In this document: positions 1 to 13,521 of the stretch, in pieces | Layout of the letters: the number at the start of each line of letters is the position of its first letter | How positions within the stretch are numbered: the first letter of the stretch is position 1 | Source of the DNA: the human T2T-CHM13v2.0 reference genome, Homo sapiens | Assembly: GCF_009914755.1 (NCBI RefSeq) | Contig: NC_060926.1 | Direction: 5' to 3' (one strand) | Length of the DNA: 64,000 bases | Notes under the pieces: generated by a model | Database searches by the model: none | What the model was told of the DNA's origin: nothing | Seen by the model: only the letters and a program-made list of their open reading frames with translations | Made by a program: the position numbers and the translations under genes

Positions 1-292
1 TAACAGTATAAATTACCATCTTGGTATCATCTTTTCATTGGTATCCACTTTTCATTGATTTCATGGTATTACTTTTTAATGGTCATTTATTTATAAATAA
101 TCTCTTCTTTTGGTTTTAGCTTTTGCTTTAAGCCAAACCTTATATAAGAATGTATTTTTAACTCTTTATATAATGTGTCCTCTTTGATTTGTAATTTAGA
201 GAATTACTTGATATTTTCTTCATAGTGTAAGACCTTGGCCAGTTTTTGTAATATTCATGGGTGTTTGAAAAAAAATGAATCCCTTTAGAGAT

Positions 293-637
293 TGTCTTAG
301 TTCATTTGTGCTGCTATTAAAAATATGTTAAGTTGGGGAATTTACAAACAACAGAAATTTATTGCTGACTCTTCTAAGGACTAGAAGCCTAATATGAAGG
401 CACTGTGGTGAGGGTCTGGTGAGGGGTCTCTGCTTCCAAGATGGGGACTTGTTGCTGTGTCCTCATATGGTAGAAGGTGGAAGGGCAAAATAGAAAAACA
501 GCTCCTTCACACCTCTTGTATGAGGGTTCTGTCTTCATGACTTAATCTCTTCCGAAAAACCCCACCTCTTAGTACTTTCATATTGGTGATTAAGTTTCAA
601 CACATAAATTTTGAGGGAACACATTCAGACCATAGCA
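293..637 (-). mobile_element. MaLR LTR (MLT1A/MST-like)
   Basis: Begins TGTCTTAGTTCATTTGTGCTGCTAT and ends CACATTCAGACCATAGCA, the reverse complement of the TGCTATGG start of MLT1A-type LTRs. Confidence 0.85.
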
Positions 638-2018
638 TCTCACCTGTGATCCCCCAAAATTCATTCTCATATATAAAATATATTCATTTTATCCCAATAG
701 CCCCAAAGTACTAACTTGTTCCAGCATCAACCCAAAAGTCTAGTTTAGAGTCTCACCTAAATACCATCTAAATCAGATATGGGTGAGACTCAAGGTATGA
801 TTCATCCAGAGGCAAATTTATGTCTAGGTCTGAACCCGTGAAATCAAAGAAGTTATGTACTTCCAAAGTACAATGGTGGGACAGGCATCAGATAGACATT
901 CCCATTCCAAAAGGGAGAAATATGGAAGAATAAACGGGTAACACGTCCCCAGAAAGTCTAGAACCCAACAAGGCAAACAACATTAAATCTTCAGGCTTGA
1001 GAATCATCTTCTTTGACTTCACGTCTTGCCTTCCGGACACACTGGGAAGGGAACTGGACCCGAAAGGTCTTGTGTGGCCCTGCCCCCATGGTTCACCTGA
1101 GTGTAGCCCATGTGACAGCTCTCAGGTGTCTGTGGCTCCCCTAGGCTGGTGTTGCATACTGGATTTACAGTTCTGAGGTCTCAGGGTGGCCCTATCTTCA
1201 TGGCTCCCTGAATCATTGTCCTACTGGGGACTCTCTGGAGTACCTCTGCCTCTGTGGCTGTTCTCTACCTGGTCTACAAGGCTCTCCAAGGAATCCTTTG
1301 AAATCTAGATGGAGGTAGCTATTCCTCCACAGCTTTTGCGCAGTCTGTGTACATGCAGAGTTGGAATCATGCAGGTGTCACCAAAACTTACCACTTATGC
1401 CCTTTTGGAAGGGCTGCCTGAACTGGACCTGGGCCACTTGAGCCATAGCTAGGGTAGCCAAGAAACACTGCAACAGAATGCAGGGGGCAGAAACTTGCAG
1501 GGAGCAGAAACTTGAAGTGAGCCTGGGCAGCAAGCCCCAGGTTTCCATGGGTGTCTCAGGCCCCTCCTTTGAAATTGGTATGCCCTCAATGCCCTGGTAC
1601 TCTGGGCCTGTGATGGGAATGGCAGTCATGAAGATCTCTGAAATGCTTTTGAGGTCATCCTTCTACTATCTTGATGAATCGCATCTGGCTTCCTAGTATC
1701 CATACTCATCTCCTTATCAAATGTTCACTTGGCCACACCCTTGGTATTCTTTTCCCAATGTACTTTTTTATTCTTGATGTGGCCAGGCTGAGAATTTTCC
1801 AGATCTTTGAGTTCTAAGTCCGTTTTGATTATAAATTCCATCTTTAAGTTGTTTCTGTCTTCTCACATTTCACTATAAGCAGTCAAGAAAAGCCCTGCGG
1901 TACCCTGAATATTTTGTTTAGAGATTTCCCCCCCCACATAGTTTAGTTACTTTCTTAAGTCCTGCCTTCCACAAATCACTAGGATGTGGACATCATTCAG
2001 CCACATTTTTTGCTACTA
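638..2018 (-). mobile_element. MaLR internal region (MLT1A/MST-int), truncated
   Basis: Abuts the LTR; similar to the THE1 internal region at 13881-15485 (CCAGCATCAACCCAAAAGTC, CCCATTCCAAAAGGGAGAAAT); no second LTR seen. Confidence 0.8.
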
Positions 2019-2229
2019 CAGACTTATATTTATATTTAATGTCATGAGGGAATATCCATGTTCACATTAAGTATTAAATCAGATTATAAAAATGTGTGCA
2101 TGATGGTTCCATTTGGTTGCATGATATAGTTGTATGTGCATATATATATGTAATATATATAAGTACCTATATATTTATATTTGATAACATAAATACATAT
2201 ATGCAAACACATACATTGCGCTGGCCCTG

Positions 2230-2640
2230 AACCTCATTGGTCAGTATTATTTTCTTCTTATTACATCTGGTTTATGGATGTGTTGGACCAAACTGTTTTT
2301 TCCAGGTAAAGTATCTGATGTTTTCCCCGGGCAGTTTTGGAAAGCTGCTGTGCCTTCTCCATGGCTCCAACTCCGACTAGACATACCTGCTACAATCCTA
2401 GTTTTCTCTATTATGATTCTGGATTCTGAAACATGACTCTCATCTCTGGGCCCCTCTAATTGCTTCTCCCTTTGTTCCTTTCTATTAAGGGTAGTAATAA
2501 CTTTCTCCTATTGTCAATATCTGGGTGCCATATTATCTGCAGTTTGGCTTCTCCATCCTTCCATCATCAGTGTAGCCAGTGTTAAACTCCCTTGGTTTTA
2601 ATTCTTAAGAGTTCCTACATTACTGGGTGGGTCCTGAGGA
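2230..2640 (+). mobile_element. old ERVL LTR (LTR33-like)
   Basis: Degenerate resemblance of the 3' half (GGGTAGTAATAACTTTCTCC...TTAAACTCCCTTGGTTTTAA) to LTR33. Confidence 0.4.
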
Positions 2641-3888
2641 ACACACACCTTAACACACAAAGACAGAAACAGAGAAAGTGTGTTGGAACCTAAAGTGAAC
2701 CCCAGGCAATCTTACTCCAGAATCTACTCTCTTGAGCACCATCCTAGATCTTTCTCTCAATTGAATTTACTCCTCCCTGGAATGTTTACATAAATTTTGG
2801 TTAAGTCCCTTAGTCTACACTTTGGGAAGACCAATGTGCTCCCTGAGGTTTCTGCATATTTCTATAATCTAATAATCTTGTGGCTTCTTGTTCTGGAGCT
2901 CCTGTTCTCAGTGGAATTAATGTCATTTATCTTCCTGCTCTACTTTTAGGCCGATCTCTTTAGTTTCTTGGTCTTTTCTTGAGTTCATGCCTTCTGGGCC
3001 TCTCTTTTCTCACTCAACGTGGCCAATTAAGATACTTTCCTAAATAAAGATAGTTCCCTACCTTGAAAGATCTCTAATGCCAGCTACTAAAGTAACAATT
3101 TATCACTTACTCACAATGGTTATTTCTGGCTAGTAAGATGATGAATTACTGTTTTATGTTAATTTTTAATTTTATAGTACTCTTGCGGGATTAAAATAAT
3201 TCTGCCAACCACAATAACTATTTGCATTTTCCTAAAGAAATAAACTTGTTATGAATTCAGAGCCATGTAAACTGAATTCACCACCGCCAATAACTAGTGA
3301 TACATTTTTCAAGTAAAGGAGTAGATGATTTAATACATAGGCTTTAAGAATGAATGGTTTTTTTTTTTTTTTGAAAAAAAGGAGCAAAGGGCTTTATTCA
3401 TTTTCATGCCCAGAAAGAGATGATTATTGTTATAGAATAATGTTTAGGTTCTACAGAATAAACTATTTCTTAATTTTAGAGTTACACAAAGTGATAAGAA
3501 AAGAACAGAAAAACTGTCATGGATGTATTTTTCAGGACATAACTTATTCTCTCACACACAAATTCCAAAAAAATGGAAATCTATTATTGGAATTGTATGA
3601 AATATTAGTTATTATAAATGGATCACTAAAAGAGGTTTATATATTTTGAGATTCAGTAATTTCATTTTAATGGTGTTTGTTGCAATGAGATTTCACCTGT
3701 ATAGATCCCTGCACAAGATAAATGCATAGGGGCATAATAAGAATATGAAGAGTGAATACTAGTGACTCACATCTGGTTTAGGAATATCTAGGTCAAAAAA
3801 AAAAATCCCTACAAATAACAAAGATACCTTTTTTACTAAAAGCAAAAGAGACCCTGGAGGAATAGGTGGAAAACAAAAGAGAGGGCAT

Positions 3889-4015
3889 GCCAGGCATGGT
3901 GGCTTATGCCTGTAATTCTAGTGCTTTGGGAGGCTGAGGCAGGAGGATTGCTTAAGGCCAGGAATTTGAGACCAGCCTGGGCAGCATAGCAAGACCCCAT
4001 CTTTACAAAATATTT
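3889..4015 (+). mobile_element. Alu monomer (FLAM_C-like)
   Basis: GCCAGGCATGGTGGCTTATGCCTGTAATT...GAGACCAGCCTGGGCAGCATAGCAAGACCCCATCT; single arm. Confidence 0.9.
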
Positions 4016-4301
4016 TTTAGAAGAGAGAGGAAATGTAGACAGATAATTTTAATTTTCTTTCAGTTCACACACAGTTCTTAGTTAACAAACATTGTTAAAC
4101 ATCTAAGTGACAGTCAACGTGCAAGAGATAAGAATCAAAATCCTTTCTCTCAGAGAACTTTCACCCTAGAGGAAGAGCAGACAAATACTCATAATACAAC
4201 AGAATGTGACACATGGATTGCAGAGATACTTAGAGTGCTATTGAAACCCAGAAAATTGCAGGAAGGAGTGGAGATCAAGCCGTGTCTGAGACTTAGGGAA
4301 A

Positions 4302-4759
4302 CGACAAAGACTGTCTCCCTGACAAGCTTTAGTCAGGCTCATCTGAGCCATCTTCTCAATTAGGCCTCAATTTTGACACTAGCCCTATCTTTGGTGTGAT
4401 TAGTACAGTTTTAGCAAAGAATCCTACTAGTTCATCCCCCAGCCTTAAATATCTAATCATCCTTGATATTTAATCAAGGTCTTCTTCCACTTTTGATGCA
4501 TAAGTCTTTTGCCTGCTTTTAGCAAGACTCTTGTTAGATCAGTTTTTTATAAGAATCTCTTTCCCCTAGATTTCTCTTCTTAGTACTTTTCCATATACTG
4601 ACCCCCTCCTTCGCTCCTTGGTTATAATTCCCCACTTGCCCTTGTTGCGTTTAGAGTTGAACCCAATCTCTCTCCCCTATTGCAATATCCCTATTGTGAG
4701 TCTTGAATACAGTCTTCCTTACCACTTTAATGAGTGTCAGAATATTATTTTCTTTAACA
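4302..4759 (+). mobile_element. ERV1 solo LTR (MER31-like)
   Basis: Starts CGACAAAGACTGTCTCCCTGACAAGCTTTAGTCAGGCTC and ends TTTTCTTTAACA. Confidence 0.8.
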
Positions 4760-5056
4760 GAAGGCTTCCTTGAAGGGGCTATCATGACACTAAGTCATGA
4801 AGGATAAGGAAGAGCAGACGGAGGAGGGGCAGGTGGTGGGGAAGAGCAGTGAATAACATTCTAGGGTGAGGACAGACATTTGGAAGGGCAGTTGGCTGGG
4901 ACAGTCTGTGGCTGGAGAATAAGATGCAACTGACATAACGGTGTGGGATGAGGCTGGAGACGTTGGCCAGGGGCTGCTCATGCATGAAGGGCCTTGTGTG
5001 CCATGCCAGGGAGTTTGAATTTACAGTAAACAACATTTTACCCACTGCAGGATTTT

Positions 5057-5351
5057 TTTTTTTTTTTTTTTTGAGATGAAATCTCACTCTGTCACCCAGG
5101 CTGGAGTGCAGTGGCATGATCTCGGCTCACTGCAACCTCCGCCTCCCGGTTCAAGTGATTCTTGTGCCTCAGCCTCTTGAGTACCTGGGACTACAGGTGC
5201 GCACCATGCCCACCTAATTTTTTATATTTTTAGTAGAGACGGGGTTTCATCATGTTGGCCAGGCTGGTCTCGAACTTCTGACCTCAAGTGATCTGTCCAC
5301 CTCCGCCTTCCAAAGTGCTGTGATTACAGGAGTGAGCCACCGTGCCCGGCC
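5057..5351 (-). mobile_element. AluS, full length
   Basis: Dimeric Alu with poly-T; perfect 16-bp TSD CCCACTGCAGGATTTT (5041-5056 and 5352-5367). Confidence 0.97.
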
Positions 5352-5394
5352 CCCACTGCAGGATTTTAAGCAGAAATGTGACACTGTTAGATTT

Positions 5395-5712
5395 GTATTG
5401 TATTGTATTGTATTTATTTATTTAATTATTTTTGAGACAGAGTCTCGCTCTGTCACCCAGGCTTGAGGAGTGCAGTGGCACAATCTCAGCTCACTTCAAC
5501 TTCTACCTCCCAGGTTCAAATGATTCTCCTGCATCAGCCTCCTGAGTAGCTGGGATTACAGGCATGTGCCACCATGACTGGCTAATTTTTGTATTTTTAT
5601 TAGAGATGGAGTTTCACCATGTTGGCCAGGCTGGTCTCAAACTCCTTGGTTCAAGTGATCCTCCCGCCTCAGACTCCCAAAGGGCTTACAGTTGTGAGCC
5701 ACCAGGCATGGC
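5395..5712 (-). mobile_element. Alu (old S or J) with (TATTG)n/(TTTA)n tail
   Basis: Dimeric Alu; degenerate TSD TAGATTTGTATT / TAGGTTTGCATT. Confidence 0.95.
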
Positions 5713-8328
5713 TAGGTTTGCATTTTAGAGAGACCTTTGTAGCCACTATGCTGAACATGCAATAAGGGCTGTATGTCTGGTGGGCTACGTGCCTCATGAG
5801 GAGGCTCAAAGGCTAGTGAGTAGTGAGTATCTGAAGTGGGAGCAGATGGTGGAGGAGATGGGTGGGACTGGATCCATTCACCTGGGTATCTATGAGAACA
5901 TGAGTATTGAAGTAAGGAGTAGAGGAAAGAAATTGTGATTCCTGGGTTTCCCTGACTGGAGTGTCTGAAAGGGTGGTGGCTCATTTATTTAAATAGAACA
6001 TATAAGAGGAGGAGAGAGTTTTAGGGAAAACACGATGATTTCATTTTTTTCATTAAATCCCATTATGAGAAATTTAGAGAATGGAAATTGCTAAACGGCT
6101 GTTCTGTCTTTTGGAATTAGCTGTGTAAGACCAAATTACAGTAATTCATAACTATAATCATTCTAAATCCACTTGATTTTAATATGTTTCAAATATTTTT
6201 TACTGTGTAATTTACAAGAAAATTGTTCTATATTAAAATGGTCATTTTCTGTAATTGCATATTACCAAATCAGGATAGACTATGAACAGAAATGCATTTG
6301 GGCAAATTTGCAAGGCAGTATTAGCTAGAATTGCTGAAGTAGGTTATTGCTGAGCTCTCCTGGGTAGGATAGTACAGAAGATACCAGGGATGTCTGGTTT
6401 TTTGATTGTTCATTTACACTGATAAACACAGTGAATTTAAATCATCATTATTGATGAACCTCTCTCTTTTTTCTCTCTCATTGAGATATTAAATGTAAAT
6501 ACTTCATAGATGACCTGATTCAAAAGAATGTTTTCAAGTTGTCTTTGACAACGACAATTTTAACTGGAAAGCACAGTGCAGAAGAGGTTTCCAAAAAAAA
6601 ACTTGCTCAAATATAGATAGAAAATGCATGTCGAAATAAGATTTACTAAGCCACTGGAAAATGGTTTAAAATATATGTAAATATCAACTTTGTTTTTGCA
6701 AATACCATTGGTTAGAATATGTGAACAGATGATTATTTTCAAACGCTCCCCACAAAAAGACAATGCAGACAACAATACTGAATGGAAACATGCATACATC
6801 CTCATTTTCATCTTAAGGAGCTAAATAAGCAATATTCTCATATCCCTTAAAAACATTCAGCAACATGAGCCATATACCAATTTTATAATAAAACTGTAAG
6901 ATTGTTAATATATCAGGTGATAAAATTATTCACGAAGTGTATATTGCTGGTGAAACCAGTCTTCAGAAATATGTTTATATAGATATGCAAATAGGAAAAA
7001 AATAAGTAAATATTAGTTGTTGGAACTGTACCAAGTATAAGTGGAAAGAGGCTAAATGTGTGAAGGCAAACTATCAAACACAGTATAAACTCCTAGTGTT
7101 AATTTACTTGTAAGAAAATGTTGTATTTATACCCAGGAAAATGGGCATATAGGGAAAAAATCATTGGGCCACTCTGCAGTATCACTTTGGATGAAAGAAA
7201 ATACTTTATTATAAGTCAACGGAATAGAATCATTACAATATCATCTTGGGTTTTACATTCTAATCCTAGAATTATGCAGAACAGCAATAGGAAGTTTTCT
7301 TTCCCAGTAGTAGTAGAAAGTGTGAAAGATGGTAATTTCTCATCTTCTGTAAAAATGATTTTTAAAAATTAAAAAATAATTTCAAGGGGCTTTTTATTTT
7401 TGTCTACAGGTTGAAGTAGTTTAGTTTCTTCCATCTGATAAAATTGAGAATATTTACATTCATTTTCAAATTTTAAAAAACTTTGTATTATAAATAAATA
7501 TATAATAACAAATGTCCCGGAACCTCAGAATATGTACTAGCATCCAACTAATATTAAATTTGATAGTATATATATATGCATTTAAAAAATTATTCACAAA
7601 GTAGCATATGACCTATTGGAGGATCAGATTTAACCTAATCTTCTGACATTTTCCCCAAGCAACTTGTAGACTGGATTAGATTTTTTTTTTTGAAAAAACT
7701 GAAGGGTGACTCAAATTATTACTAGCTTTTTAAAATAATGGAATAATGAAAAATACATTCTACAGGGCACAGCATTAAGAAAAGTCAAGTAGTACAGGAA
7801 GTAACCGCAGCATTTACTAACATGCTCAGCCAAGAACATAATTGCCAAAATAACCTTGAAAAGGGGCGAAAGTACTGAATACTGCAGTGGTGATTATGCT
7901 GATTTCAATTACTCTGGTTTAAATGGAATGAAATAAGGCTCTAACTCCGTTAATTAACAAGCCTATCCACAGGTGATCTCTAAATGCTTTGCGTATAACT
8001 CCTATTAATGCAGAAAACGTACATGCCTAGAAATGGCACGTCTGCATATTAAACCCAATTATGCAGTTTACAAGAGAACTGGCGTTCTTTTACTTTTCCA
8101 CATGAAAATTATAGTGAAGAGTAGAGAGAGAAAGAGGAAAGAGTGCGGCAGAGGGAATGTTGCATACATTAATGAATAATGATCCAGAGGCAGTGCCTGT
8201 CTTGAATTAGTTCATTTTTAAGAAGAACAAAGGGGTCATCCTGCTGCGTACGTTTTCAGCAGGGATGCCTGACTGGCTTATTTTTGATCTGCACCCATGA
8301 TGTGGTTTCAATTAGCATTAGCACTTAC

Positions 8329-8365
8329 AAAACTAGTAGCAGTCATTGTAGCAGAAAATATGAGC
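8329..8365 (-). other. candidate 37-nt internal exon of a minus-strand gene
   Basis: Minus strand reads ctaaagtgcctttcaacccctttag|GCTCATATTTTCTGCTACAATGACTGCTACTAGTTTT|gtaagt: pyrimidine tract plus AG, perfect GTAAGT donor, repeat-free context. Confidence 0.55.
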
Positions 8366-8694
8366 CTAAAGGGGTTGAAAGGCACTTTAGATGTATGCAG
8401 GAGATGTCTAAGAGCACTGTGCTTTAACTTCTCCATGGCTAACCATCCATGTCCATAATAGTCCCTTTAGCTTTTCAGAATATGAGGTTGGTGTCTTTTC
8501 ACATCTATATCATGCTCCCTAACTTTGTTTCTTTTCTTTTTTTCCCTGTCTAACTCTGTCTGGGGCAAAGTCAAGAGAAAACTTCTACTTTCATATTCAA
8601 TAATACAAGCTTACATGTCTTCAGCATTAAAGAAATTACAACACACATAAATTAACTCAAATCCACTACTGATATCTTGATAAAATTTTTCCAG

Positions 8695-10326
<1,632 letters not shown>

Positions 10327-10578
10327 TTACCTACCACCAGGTGTGCAGTTGTAACTTGCTTATGACCTTCAGAACCAAAGGTTTTCCACATGTCATCTAA
10401 GACTAATGGAATCAAAGAGAAAATAACAATTTTTCTATATAGTTATAAATAGATGAAATCTTTGAGAACACAGTGCAATGTGGATTATAAAAACATATTT
10501 AACAATATACAACATAATTTACATAAATTCAAATACCAGTGCCAAAATTATTTACCTGTTACCAATAACTGTCCAACT

Positions 10579-10777
10579 CATGGGTTGGCAAACTATGGCT
10601 CAAGGACCATATCTGTTCTATTGACTGGAACACAGTCACACTTACTCATGTATGTACTGTCTGTCTGCTTACCTGCCAGAATAGCAAAGTTGAGTTTCCA
10701 TGATAGCAACTGTATGGCCCACAAATCCCAAATTGTTTATCATCTGGCATTTTATGGAAGAAGTTTGCTAATAACTG
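10579..10777 (+). mobile_element. MER58A-like hAT-Charlie MITE
   Basis: Termini CATGGGTTGGCAAACTATGGC ... AAGTTTGCTAATAACTG. Confidence 0.8.
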
Positions 10778-11305
10778 GGGTGGCTTATTCTTGATTCAGG
10801 GAAAATTTAAATGCTTTCATCAACTTTTCCTGAATCATTATGCCTCTAGAAAAAAACTAAAGAAAAAAATTTCAAGGATATACATTCAACTTTTATATAA
10901 ACAGGTATGAAACAAAGTGTTGATAAACAAAAGCCCAATAGGACCACAAATAATATTAACTGCCTTGTAGTTGATGAAGAAGCTGTCGATGTCAGAAACC
11001 AAGGCAAACTATAAAGCAGAGGCTTCAAAGAAACAAGAAACCCAACTTCCAGATAATCCCAGTTTTTTTCTTCACCCTAAATATGCCTTAAAACCCCTCT
11101 TCTCCATGAACCAAGAGGTAAACCAAGATATATTCCTAGATATTCAGAGACATATTATCACAAGCCATGTGCCTTCTTTAAATAAATTTCTACCTTAATA
11201 TATTTTTAAAATAATAAATATTGTTTAAAGTAAATCAGTGGTTTAAACAAAATATACAATTAATGAAGCCTTGCAGGTGCAACAGAGAAAAGTCTCTATT
11301 CAAAT

Positions 11306-11356
11306 GATTAGAGGCAAAAAAAAAAAAACAAAAACAAAAAACAAAAAACAAAAAAC
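11306..11356 (+). repeat. poly-A / (CAAAAA)n tract
   Basis: Direct reading. Confidence 0.9.
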
Positions 11357-11849
11357 AGCAGAAGAATCAGAAACGGAAAAATCAAAGGGCAAAATCTCAA
11401 TCCAGAATGAGTAAGAACAGAAAACTGTCCTGAGAGCTATTAGCAAGAAGTTATTATCATCAATATTGATTTATGGGTAACTTACACTTGTGTATCTGTT
11501 GTGAATGATGAGTAAATACTTACACACAAACATATACATATGTCTACATATACATATACATATGTCTATAAGTGTGGGGGTGTGAATATATATATATATA
11601 TACTGTTTAGAATGTTACCTGTATGGTTTTTAATATTGATTAAAATTTCTTCTCAACTAGTCCTTTAAACTTCTATATAAATTCTCAAGTAAAATAATCC
11701 TTGAAGTTATTTTAATGTTAAGGTAAGGTTATAAGTATAATAGATTATAGCTTCCATTTATAAATTACACAAGTAACAGCTATATTATTTTTCTGACTAC
11801 ATAAATTAATACAAATAATTCTTTTCTTGCCACTTATTCATATCTATTG

Positions 11850-12620
11850 TTGATTCATTTATTGCATTAAAGGTATTTGTTAAACACCTAGCATGCCAAG
11901 AACTAGTTGAGGTGCTTTTGATTCAGCAGTGAGCAAAACAGAAATCTCTGTCCTCATGGACTGAACAATCTAGTCCATTATACAGATAACTAATGGGCAA
12001 ATTTGGCTGATCTAGCTTCAAATATATATTCTGACCTAATCACTTCTTGTTACATCTGCCATTACTACTTCAGCCATTATCTCTCATCTGGATTATTTCA
12101 TGATTTTATTAACTTCCTGATTGTTCTACCTGCTTCTGCCCTTTCCCTTACATTATATTTTCCATGTTAGAACTGGAATAATTGTATTAAAACCTAACTC
12201 AGATAATATACCTTCTCTCCTGAAAGTCCCCAGTATTTTTCCATCGCATAAAAATAAAAGAAAAAATCCTACTCTTGCCTCTGAGGGTCTACTCTCAGCT
12301 TCATCTCTGACCTCATCGCCTACAACTCTTCTTGTTCACTCTACTCGAAAACCACAAGCTCTGGGCTTGCTCCCTGAAAACACCAGGAGTAAAGAAACAC
12401 CGGCTTCAGGAATATTGAAGTTGCTACACCCTCTGCAGATAGTCTTTCTCCAGAAATTAATATGTCTTGTGCCTTCCCTTCATTCCTGTTTCTGCTCAAA
12501 TGTTACGTTATCAGACACAACACTCTTGTTGTCCCATTTAAAATAACTAACGTCTCATACATCATGACCATCCCCTTCCTGTGTCATTGTTATTCATGGT
12601 ATGTATGAATACCTGTCATG
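11850..12620. mobile_element. L2 fragments (3' end on minus at about 11850-11985, body on plus at about 12000-12620)
   Basis: ATTCATTTATT...TATTTGTTAAACACCTA; CATTATCTCTCATCTGGATTATT; CTCAAATGTTAC. Confidence 0.65.
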
Positions 12621-13159
12621 ATTTATATGCTAATCATTCATTTGGTTGTACATTGGATTATTGTAAACATTACTACCCATTGTCTCCTTTACACTTTTTC
12701 TAGATTCTCATGCTTTCTATATATCTTGTATATTGACTGTATTGCTCAGTAAGATTAAATGTCTTCATGACCTAATTTCGACTTTTACAAAATCTGTTCC
12801 CAGAATTCACTGAAATAATAGAAAATTAGAAAAATAGAAGATTTTAAAATCTTAAAATTGTGACACATAACATACCTCATAACTTTTTATGTACAGTTGA
12901 TTTAAACTAAGGAATAATTAATTTTGAAAGTCTTTCCTATTGACCCTCAGAGATTTATTTTTAATAATTTACATTGTTCAATGTCTAGTTATACTTTATC
13001 AAAATTATTAAAGGTATATGGACATCTTTTTGTTCTCTCATTTTAAAAAGTACACTCAGATATAAAACATACCCTATGTCAAGAAAAATTATATACACAC
13101 ACACACATATATACATGTATACACACTGCAAATCCATGTAAACTAAGACATGAAAATGC

Positions 13160-13438
13160 TTTTATTTTGAGACAGGGTCTCACTTTGTCACCCAGGCTAG
13201 AGTGTAGTGGCATAGTCACTGCTCACTGTGGGTGGCCTCCACCTTCCAAGTTCAGGTGATGCTCCCACTTCAGCGCCCTTAGTAGCTGGGACTACAGGAA
13301 TGGATCACTCACCACACTTGGTAGGGACGGGGTTTCACCATGTTACCAGGCTGGTCTCAAACTCCTGGGCTCAAGCAATCCGCTCACCTTGGCCTCTCAA
13401 AGGGCTGGAATTACAGGTGTCCACCACTGTGCCTGGCC
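13160..13438 (-). mobile_element. AluJ, middle A-rich linker deleted
   Basis: GAGACAGGGTCTCAC...CTCCTGGGCTCAAGCAATCC; TSD TGAAAATGCTTT / TGAAAATTCTTT. Confidence 0.92.
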
Positions 13439-13521
13439 TGAAAATTCTTTACTTTGAAAGGAAGAGGAACAACAGAATTCTTCTAAATTTACCAAATATA
13501 GTGTAAGTTACTAAACACCAC

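Larger units (their letters stand above)
4060..6050 (-). mobile_element. L2 fragments interrupted by MER31 and two Alus
   Basis: L2-like segments at about 4060-4270, 4760-5040, 5352-5390 and 5715-6050 (e.g. GGATTTTAAGCAGAAATGTGAC, GGGCCTTGTGTGCCATGCCAGGGAGTTTGAATTT). Confidence 0.65.

Noticed and set aside
8344-8364. LIFSATM resembling DEAD-box helicase motif III
   Set aside because: A seven-residue match with no other helicase exons visible; treated as coincidence
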